From sequence record SRR20825010_2634: a stretch of 50,085 nt of DNA. One strand, written 5' to 3'. The notes under the pieces were generated by a model. It did not search any database. It was given only the letters and a program-made list of their open reading frames with translations, and was not told where the DNA came from. Shown here one piece after another: positions 8,642 to 16,062 of the stretch (position 1 is its first letter; each line of letters starts with the position of its first letter). The position numbers and the translations under genes are program-made.

Positions 8642-9532
8642 CTACTTTTGCCGATTCAGCCGCATCAAAGCGGCGAGCTCGACCAAGTGGCGAAGCGAAT
8701 CGCAATGAGCTGTGTATCGCAATCGCGGTCGCAACTTGTCACACAGCGCTCGGCCACCGATTAGCAATGGGACATCTTCTCCCAACGAATCGGCCAACTG
8801 GTTTTGAGCCGCGACAAACATCCCCGGTTCGCTAACCGAGGAAACGCTCATCCAAACCATTTGCGGGTCGTAATCATGCGCCGCTTGGACAAAGCTTTCC
8901 ATGGGAAGGTCATTGCCGAGACTGGTCGCATTCCAACCAACTTCGCGAAGTGCCAATTCGACCAGCATCGTTGGCAACTGGTACGGATCCCCTTCGGGTG
9001 CACCGCCGATCGCGATCGGAGCGGACTTGGGGGGTGATGGGATCTCAGAACGCAACTCGTAGATCAATCGCATCGCGATGTCACATCCACGGCGTTCTTG
9101 ATAGACGTCCAGTTCGTTGCTGTCCCAAGCTTCACCGAAACCGTGCATGGCATCGGTGATCAATGACTCAGCCGCTTCGCTTCGCGTGTTTCCCGATGCG
9201 ATCTTCTGAGCCATCAACTTCCGACAGGCCGCTTCGTCGCCTTGGGCCAACGAATCGCGAAAATTTTGATTCAGTGGGTCTTCGTTTCCTTCTATGCGAG
9301 TCGTCCGATCCGGCGACAACTGAGGCAGACCCAACAACTCGGGCTTCAGCAAGCAGCGGTCGTTGGCGTGAACGAACGCCTGCAACGCGTCCAGAGTGAT
9401 CCGGCGATGGCCACCCGCTGTTTTGATGACCGGAATTGTGCCGTTGTCACACCATCTCTTCACCGACGACTCGCTGACCTCCATCGCCGCGGCGACTTCT
9501 TTCGGTGAAAACTGGGGCTGACGGGCTGCCAC
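8642..9532 (-). CDS. MerR-like HTH + B12-binding-domain regulator (CarH/LitR-like)
   Basis: FSPKEVAAAMEVSESSVKRWCDNG..KTAGGHRRI HTH, a helical cap with GEAW, and a Rossmann domain (LGNDLPMESF, VWMSVS, LLIGGRA). GTG start at 9532 preferred because the longer ORF runs through the operator repeats. Confidence 0.8.
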   Translation of the reverse strand: MAARQPQFSPKEVAAAMEVSESSVKRWCDNGTIPVIKTAGGHRRITLDALQAFVHANDRCLLKPELLGLPQLSPDRTTRIEGNEDPLNQNFRDSLAQGDEAACRKLMAQKIASGNTRSEAAESLITDAMHGFGEAWDSNELDVYQERRGCDIAMRLIYELRSEIPSPPKSAPIAIGGAPEGDPYQLPTMLVELALREVGWNATSLGNDLPMESFVQAAHDYDPQMVWMSVSSVSEPGMFVAAQNQLADSLGEDVPLLIGGRALCDKLRPRLRYTAHCDSLRHLVELAALMRLNRQK

Positions 9533-9564
9533 GAGACACGCTGGGATGAGAGAGAAGAACGAAG

Positions 9565-9817
9565 TGAACGTTTTGCAGGACAAGGTGAACGTTTTAAACA
9601 CCTCAGTTGAACGTTTCCAGTGTAATCGGCTGACAATGGTGGACGTTTATCGCTCATTACTCGCTCGAGCAGTGAACGATTTCCGATCGTTTCGCCGCGA
9701 TCTTCGACTTTGCAAATACAAGGAATTCTTTATTCGACGGGAATTTCGCTTGCATTCGGTTTTGCAGGCCGATATACCAATGGACGTTCTGAACGTTTTT
9801 GAAGCCCAAAACGTTCA
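9565..9817. promoter_or_regulatory. Array of TG(A/G)ACG(T/A)T boxes, candidate operators
   Basis: Copies at 9565, 9586, 9608, 9640, 9673, 9781 and 9790, plus an inverted copy at 9808. Perfect inverted repeat TGAACGTTTT-N8-AAAACGTTCA at 9790-9817. Confidence 0.75.
9750..9778 (+). promoter_or_regulatory. Candidate sigma70-type promoter of the sigma-factor operon
   Basis: TTGCAT-N17-TATACC immediately upstream of the 9781-9817 boxes. Confidence 0.45.
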
Positions 9818-9831
9818 CGCAAGTGCATCAT

Positions 9832-9848
9832 TCGGCACATCAATTGCG
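9832..9848 (+). promoter_or_regulatory. Candidate sigma54 -24/-12 promoter
   Basis: TCGGCACATCAATTGCG has GG-N10-GC spacing with GGCAC and TTGC cores. Confidence 0.4.
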
Positions 9849-9992
9849 GAACTCGCGACGCAATGTCCATTGGGTTGGAAGAGAACGTTGACTCGAATTC
9901 GCCGCTGGGTGACTTCCAAAGTCGGCACCTCGTTCACTGACCCTGCGATTTAGCTATCAGCCATCAAGCCAGCCATTCGAAAAGGTCGAAAA

Positions 9993-11015
9993 ATGCCAAC
10001 CCTCACCGCTTCCACAGTTCCCGCCCGCCGCCCCGCCTGGCTCAACTGTTCGGAATTGGATCAAGCGATGGCTGAGGTTCAGCCGTTGTTGACGGACATC
10101 ACAAACGAGGACCACGCCACTCTGCGAAAGCTGACCAAGCGCCGGCTACGTCAAGAGATCGACTTCATCTCAAACGAAAAGTTCACATCGGTCCGAGAGG
10201 GCAAGCGGATCTTTTCGCAATCGCTCGGTTTGGCCCCTCGCGAAACCGCACTCGGAATCGCCACGATCCGCCGCAGCGGAGTCGACCTGCCGATTCACCT
10301 GGGGCGGTTGTGTGAAGCACCCCTGCTCAAGCCCGAACAAGAAAAGATGTTGTTCGAGCGAATGAACTATCTGTTGCAACAGGCGGCGATCCATCGCAGC
10401 GTCCTGAACCCTGAGCGTCCTTCGCGGCACCGATTGGAATTGATCGAGTTGTTCGTTGCCCTGGCTGACTGGCACCGCGACCGAATCGTCGAAGCCAACT
10501 TGCGTCTCGTATTCTCGATCGTGAAGAAGTTCGTCAATCCAAACAACACCTTTGATGATCTGCTCAGCGACGGCATCGTTGCTTTGATTCGCGCGGTCGA
10601 AAAATTCGACTTCGATCGCGGTTTCCGATTCAGCACCTACGCAACCCAGGTTGTCCGTCGAAACTCATACCGAACCGTTGTGTTGAAGCAACAAGAACGC
10701 CAAAAGGTCCAAGGGGGGCTGCAGGACATGGATATCGATGTCAGTGAAGAAGAACGCTCTTCCGCGATCAGTGAAAAACGATGGCACGAATTGCGAAGTC
10801 GACTCAGCGTGATGCTGGGCGATTTGGATCGTCGCGAAAAATTCATCATTCGCGCTCGGTTCTCACTTGGGCCTCACCGCAAAGTTCACACACTTCAATC
10901 GCTGGCCGATCGTTTGGGTGTCTCAAAGGAACGAGTCCGCCAACTCGAACGCCGCGCAATGGACAAACTCCGTGCGATGGCTGGTGACGTCCAATTGGCA
11001 GAGTTGGAAGCGTAG
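9993..11015 (+). CDS. Alternative sigma-70 family RNA polymerase sigma factor
   Basis: Region 2 ANLRLVFSIVKK..DLLSDG..AVEKFDFDRGFRFSTYA and region 4 TLQSLADRLGVSKERVRQLE, with a short linker between them. Confidence 0.92.
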   Translation: MPTLTASTVPARRPAWLNCSELDQAMAEVQPLLTDITNEDHATLRKLTKRRLRQEIDFISNEKFTSVREGKRIFSQSLGLAPRETALGIATIRRSGVDLPIHLGRLCEAPLLKPEQEKMLFERMNYLLQQAAIHRSVLNPERPSRHRLELIELFVALADWHRDRIVEANLRLVFSIVKKFVNPNNTFDDLLSDGIVALIRAVEKFDFDRGFRFSTYATQVVRRNSYRTVVLKQQERQKVQGGLQDMDIDVSEEERSSAISEKRWHELRSRLSVMLGDLDRREKFIIRARFSLGPHRKVHTLQSLADRLGVSKERVRQLERRAMDKLRAMAGDVQLAELEA

Positions 11016-11021
11016 TATCCG

Positions 11022-12533
11022 GTGGCATCAAACTCCGACCACTCGATTCATTCTTCTAGTAAAGTTTCATCCACGGACAGATCCGCATTGTCCGGTGGTG
11101 GCGAAAGCTCCCAGCAACCCGAAGAGTGTCAACCTCAAGCAGGAACCGAACACTACGCCGCTACGGTTCAATTGCCCGTCAGTCTCGATGACGCGTTTGC
11201 TTACCATGAACGCCCCGGTTGTCTGAATCGGCTGACTCCGCCTTGGGAAAGCGTCCAAGTCGAACACTCGGATCAGTCACTAAAACCAGGAAGCCGTGTC
11301 GTCCTGAAGACAAAGATCGCGGGCATCCCCGTTCGCTGGAAAGCCCGCCATGTGTGGTACGATCCATCTCATGGCTTTGCCGATGTACAGGACTCCGGTC
11401 CGTTCGCTCGTTGGGCTCACCGGCATTTGTTCGAGCCGCTCGGCTCAGACCGTTCCCAGCTTACCGATGCGATCGAGTACAAATTGCCTGCGGGAGTTGC
11501 CGGCAAGGTGTTTGGTAGCGGCAAGGCTCGTCGAACCATCGAAGCGATGTTTGCCTATCGCCACCGCGTCACTCAGGATGATTTGCAGATGATGGCTGAC
11601 TACCCGATGAGTCCCAAAACGATCGCAGTGTCCGGTTCGAGCGGTTTGGTGGGCAACGCTCTTTGCACGACACTGACCTTGCTCGGGCACAAAGTTTTGA
11701 CGATCACGCGCGATGATCACGGTGACGAAGAATCAATTGCCGCCTGGGGTAATCCGCCTGAGTTTGAAAAGTTTGAATCGGTCGATGTGGTTGTGCATCT
11801 GGCTGGCAAAAGCATCGCGGGCAAACGGTGGACGCCGGAGTTCAAAAAACAAATTCGCGAAAGTCGTGTTGAGAAGACTCAGGCACTTTGCGAGGGATTG
11901 GCCAAGCTGCAACAGAAACCGCCGGTGCTGATCTGTGCATCGGCAACAGGGATCTATGGTGATCGCGGTGAAGAAATCTTGACCGAGACTTCCGCTGATG
12001 GCGACGACTTCTTGGCCGATGTCGCTTGCCAGTGGGAAGATGCGTGCCAACCCGCACGAGATGCTGGCATCCGAGTTGTGAACACACGGTTTGGAATTGT
12101 TTTGTCACCAAAGGGTGGTGCACTCCAACAGATGTTGCTGCCAGCGAAAATGATGGGCGGCAAATTGGGCAGCGGGCGGCAATGGTGGTCTTGGATCGCT
12201 TTGGATGACGTTGTCGGAGCGATCGTCCATTGCATTCACAACGAACAAATCAACGGCCCGGTCAACTTCGTTTCACCCGAACCCATCCAGAACCGCGAAT
12301 TCGCGAAGGTGTTGGGTGAGGTACTCAACCGACCGGCTCTGTTCCCGGCCCCCGCCTTTGCTCTTCGTCTCGCATTGGGCGAAATGGCTGACTCGCTGCT
12401 GCTAGCCAGTTCTCGGGTGGTGCCTGAACAATTGCAACAGACGGGATACAAGTTTCGCTTCACCGATTTGAAGGATTGCTTGCGCACGCTTCTGGGCAAA
12501 GAACTCAAACCGGCGACGCAGGCGACCGCATGA
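11022..12533 (+). CDS. SRPBCC domain fused to TIGR01777-family NAD-dependent epimerase/oxidoreductase
   Basis: N-terminal AFAYHERPGCLNRLTPPW..FADVQDSGPFARWAHRH, then VSGSSGLVG, HLAGKSI, SATGIYG, GSGRQWWSWIALDD and GEMADSLLLASSRVVP. Confidence 0.9.
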   Translation: MASNSDHSIHSSSKVSSTDRSALSGGGESSQQPEECQPQAGTEHYAATVQLPVSLDDAFAYHERPGCLNRLTPPWESVQVEHSDQSLKPGSRVVLKTKIAGIPVRWKARHVWYDPSHGFADVQDSGPFARWAHRHLFEPLGSDRSQLTDAIEYKLPAGVAGKVFGSGKARRTIEAMFAYRHRVTQDDLQMMADYPMSPKTIAVSGSSGLVGNALCTTLTLLGHKVLTITRDDHGDEESIAAWGNPPEFEKFESVDVVVHLAGKSIAGKRWTPEFKKQIRESRVEKTQALCEGLAKLQQKPPVLICASATGIYGDRGEEILTETSADGDDFLADVACQWEDACQPARDAGIRVVNTRFGIVLSPKGGALQQMLLPAKMMGGKLGSGRQWWSWIALDDVVGAIVHCIHNEQINGPVNFVSPEPIQNREFAKVLGEVLNRPALFPAPAFALRLALGEMADSLLLASSRVVPEQLQQTGYKFRFTDLKDCLRTLLGKELKPATQATA

Positions 12534-12979
12534 ACGCGAATCTTCTGTTGCTGCTAAATGCATTGTCGACCTGGTACATGGTCGGATTGATTTGGATGGT
12601 ACAGATCGTCCACTACAAGATGTTCGACCGCGTTGGAGAAGATGTCTTCGCTCGTTACGCCACTGATCACGCTCGATTGATCACTCCGATCGTCGCCGTG
12701 CCGATGCTGATTGAAATCGCGACGGCCGCCGGATTGTTGATGGCTCGCCCGGGGAATGTCCCACAGACCTGGGCCGTGGCGGGAATTGTTTTGCTGATTG
12801 TGATTTGGACCAGCACCGCCGCCTTGCAAGTACCGGCACACGGAAAGCTTGCCTCGGGGTTTCAGCCGGACGTCTATTCGACGCTGGTGACAACCAATTG
12901 GATTCGAACAATCGCGTGGTCCATTCGTGGAATATTGGTCGGTTGGGCGTTATGGACCCTGCTGCCGGCCAAGGTTTAA
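12530..12979 (+). CDS. Four-TM membrane protein (DUF1772/DUF4149-like)
   Basis: ATG overlaps the upstream stop (ATGA). GLIWMVQIVHY, QVPAHGKL and NWIRTIAW. Confidence 0.75.
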   Translation: MNANLLLLLNALSTWYMVGLIWMVQIVHYKMFDRVGEDVFARYATDHARLITPIVAVPMLIEIATAAGLLMARPGNVPQTWAVAGIVLLIVIWTSTAALQVPAHGKLASGFQPDVYSTLVTTNWIRTIAWSIRGILVGWALWTLLPAKV

Positions 12980-13160
12980 CCTCGGTTGAGTTCTCCGCAG
13001 GACCAGTCTTCGATCGCTGGAAATGCCGCCGTCGCATCAGCGTCGATCGTTCCGGCGAACCAGCGTGTTGCGTCCATGGGTTTGGGTTAAGATACGCCTC
13101 CGTGTTTCGCATGCCGAAACGCTTCGATGATTCCCTCCCCATTCCCACCTCCCGCATCCC

Positions 13161-14213
13161 ATGTCCCAAAAAACATTTGGATCGCTCGCGCTTGCGATCA
13201 CATTCTGCTTCGGCCTGCTCAGTTCCCCTGCGATGCTTCGTGCCGACCAACCCGTTCAACTGATCTTTGATACGGACCTCGGCAACGACGTTGACGACGC
13301 ACTTGCCATGGGAGTCATCCATGCTTTGCAATCACGCGGTGAATGTGAGTTGTTGGCTGTCACCATCACCAAGGACCACGAACTGGCCGCTCCGTTCGCA
13401 GACGTGATCAACACGTTTTATGGTCGCGGCGACATTCCGATTGGCGTTTGCCGCAGCGATGTCACCAACGGCGAAGGTCGCTTCAATGGATTGGCCGCGA
13501 TCCAGGACAATGGCAAGGACCGTTATCCACACGATTTGCGAAGTGGCAAAGATGCGCCCAATGCTGTCGAGGTGTTGCGTCGTACTCTAGCAAAGGCCGA
13601 AGACAGCAGCGTCGTGATCGCTCAGGTTGGATTTTCAACCAACTTGGTCAATCTACTGGACTCATCCGCCGACAACATCAGCCCGCTGACAGGCTTGGAA
13701 TTGATCAAGAAGAAGGTTTCAAAACTGAGTGTGATGGCGGGTGCTTTCACTCAGATCATGAACAACAATGGTCAGCCGTATGACCACAAAGAGTACAACG
13801 TCGTCAAAGACATTCCCGCCGCTCAGAAGTTGGCGAAAGAGTGGCCGACGCCGATTCTGTGGAGCGGTTACGAGATTGGAATTGCACTGCGTTACCCGCA
13901 CGAGAGCATCGAGCAAGACTTTGGCTACGTGGAGCACCATCCGTTGGCCGAGGCATACATCGCCTACAACCCACCGCCACACGATCGCCCGACTTGGGAC
14001 CTGACTTGCGTGTTGCAATTGGTGCGGCCAACCCGCGATTATTTTGGATTGACTTCGGTCGGCAAGGTCACCGTTGCCGACGATGGTCTGACCACGTTTG
14101 AAGAAAACGCAGACGGTCGCGATCAGTACTTCACGTTGAACGACGAACAAATCGCCCGGACATTGGAAGCGTTGCAGTTGCTTTCCAGTGAGCCACCACA
14201 TCCGGTGCATTGA
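13161..14213 (+). CDS. Exported inosine/uridine-preferring nucleoside hydrolase family protein
   Basis: Signal peptide, LIFDTDLGNDVDDALA Asp motif, EYNV and RPTWDL. Confidence 0.85.
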   Translation: MSQKTFGSLALAITFCFGLLSSPAMLRADQPVQLIFDTDLGNDVDDALAMGVIHALQSRGECELLAVTITKDHELAAPFADVINTFYGRGDIPIGVCRSDVTNGEGRFNGLAAIQDNGKDRYPHDLRSGKDAPNAVEVLRRTLAKAEDSSVVIAQVGFSTNLVNLLDSSADNISPLTGLELIKKKVSKLSVMAGAFTQIMNNNGQPYDHKEYNVVKDIPAAQKLAKEWPTPILWSGYEIGIALRYPHESIEQDFGYVEHHPLAEAYIAYNPPPHDRPTWDLTCVLQLVRPTRDYFGLTSVGKVTVADDGLTTFEENADGRDQYFTLNDEQIARTLEALQLLSSEPPHPVH

Positions 14214-14234
14214 CCCAAAAGGATTTTTACATCC

Positions 14235-14768
14235 ATGAGTGCCCGTCTGATCTCTCTTCGTTGCGACCATTGTGGTGCGCCCATCGATGTGAAGGCGAAA
14301 GCCAAGTTCGTCACCTGTGGGTTTTGCCACGCGAGCTTGGCGATCCATCACACCGGTTCGTCGTACTCCACTGAGCTGCTGGAGGATCTGAAGCAAACGA
14401 CGGACGCGTTGGTCAAGGACGTCGCGCAAATCAAACACAACGCGGCGCTGGATCGATTGGATGAACAGTGGGAACGAAGACGCCTGAAATTGCTCGGCAC
14501 GAACAAACACGGGCACCAGATCACTCAACCGCCCAACCAGACCACAATGATCATTGTGTCTGGTTTCGTGATCGTGTTCGCGTTGGTCTGGACTTGCTTG
14601 GCCGCCGTGATGTTCGCCCCCATGGCCTTGTTCGGCTTAGTATTCATGGGCATTGCGGTGATGGGACTGATCAGTTCATTCTCGAAGATGAACACGTACA
14701 AAACTGAGCGAGCTCGCTACATGCGAGAGCGTCAGTCGCTGATCGAACAGATCCAAAGCAGCGACTGA
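14235..14768 (+). CDS. Hypothetical membrane protein with N-terminal Zn ribbon
   Basis: CDHC..CGFC, a coiled-coil segment and two TM helices. Confidence 0.75.
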   Translation: MSARLISLRCDHCGAPIDVKAKAKFVTCGFCHASLAIHHTGSSYSTELLEDLKQTTDALVKDVAQIKHNAALDRLDEQWERRRLKLLGTNKHGHQITQPPNQTTMIIVSGFVIVFALVWTCLAAVMFAPMALFGLVFMGIAVMGLISSFSKMNTYKTERARYMRERQSLIEQIQSSD

Positions 14769-14799
14769 TCGATGGACGCTTCCTACATCGCGGCTGGGA

Positions 14800-15759
14800 T
14801 CACCAACCCAGCACGTGAGCGAACACCAACGGAGCACAGATCGTTGCGTCGCTTTGGATCATGAACTTGGGTGAGTCGGCATCGATCTTGTACCAAGTGA
14901 TCTTTTCGTTCGGCACCGCTCCGCTGTAACCACCGTAGCTGGTCGTCGCATCGCTGATTTGACAGAAGTAGCCCCACAATGGGATGTCCAGCTTCAAGTC
15001 TTGAATCAACATCGGGACGACGCAGATCGGGAAGTCGCCCGCGATTCCACCACCGATCTGGAAGAACCCGATCGGGTCCTTCATCGTCGCTTGGTACCAC
15101 TGCGCCAATTGCTGCATTTGTTTGGTGCCGGTCGCATAGGCACCGTGGCCAGGAACACTGCCGTCGATGACATGGGCGGTGTAAATATTGCCCAACGTTG
15201 AGTCTTCAAAGCCGGGAGTGAAGACCGGAATCCCAGCATCCTTCGCCGCGGCGACCCAACTGTTTTCGCGAGGAACTTGGTAATGCTGAACCAATCCGTC
15301 ATCGTCCAAAAGGTCGAACATGTACTCGACCGGCATACGAGCGGCGTTCTCACCGGCCGCCTTTTGCCACATGGGCACCAACCGGTCCTCTAAGTGACGC
15401 ATGACCGTTTCGGGAATGCAAGTGTCGGTGACGCGGTTGAAACCTCGGTCTCGCAAGGCGACTTCGTCTTCGGCCGAGAGTGCTCGCCAGTTCTCTACGA
15501 TTTCGTATTCGTCATGGGCGACCAAGTTGAAGATGTCTTCTTCCAGGTTGGCGGCGGTGCACGTGACGGCGTGTACCTTTCCCTTGCGAATCATTTCGGC
15601 CAGAGAAAGCCCCAATTCGCCGGTGCTCATCGCTCCCGCCAAGGTCACCATCATCTTGCCGCCACCGTCGACAAATTCGCCGTAGGCCTTGGCCGACGCC
15701 AACAGTTCACGCGCGTTGAAGTGGCGAAAATGCGTTTCCAAAAATTCCGTGACATTCAT
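14800..15759 (-). CDS. Deoxyhypusine synthase family protein (probable homospermidine synthase)
   Basis: TLAGAMSTGELG, TAANLEED, FQIGGGIAGDF and SYGGYSGAVPNEKITWYK. Start at MNVTEF (15759). Confidence 0.88.
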   Translation of the reverse strand: MNVTEFLETHFRHFNARELLASAKAYGEFVDGGGKMMVTLAGAMSTGELGLSLAEMIRKGKVHAVTCTAANLEEDIFNLVAHDEYEIVENWRALSAEDEVALRDRGFNRVTDTCIPETVMRHLEDRLVPMWQKAAGENAARMPVEYMFDLLDDDGLVQHYQVPRENSWVAAAKDAGIPVFTPGFEDSTLGNIYTAHVIDGSVPGHGAYATGTKQMQQLAQWYQATMKDPIGFFQIGGGIAGDFPICVVPMLIQDLKLDIPLWGYFCQISDATTSYGGYSGAVPNEKITWYKIDADSPKFMIQSDATICAPLVFAHVLGW

Positions 15760-16062
15760 GAAAGATCGGTAACCAATACGAAGGAGTGAAGCACTGAAGT
15801 CCACGGCAGCGGTGAGCGACCGATTCAGCCCCGAATGTGCATCCAGCTGTGATTTTGCGGTACTTCGCAAAAAAATAAACACTTGGCGATGGCGCCGAAT
15901 CTTACCGTTCACTCGGCTCAGTGTCGTCAGGGGATCAATAGCAGTTTTGCTTCATGAATTCCGTCCAAACCGCCGTTGCAGTCATTGGGGGCACCAACCA
16001 ATTTAGGTGCAAATTCTGAAACTCGAGCGAAACATTTTGCATCCCTTGATGTTGGATCCACT

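Noticed and set aside
9557-9700. CRISPR array in the TGAACGTTT repeats
   Set aside because: Repeats are only about 10 bp with 11-23 bp gaps and no cas genes. They fit operator boxes better.
9546-9953. 135-aa ORF in the regulator-sigma intergenic region
   Set aside because: Overlaps the operator and promoter elements and has no recognisable protein features.
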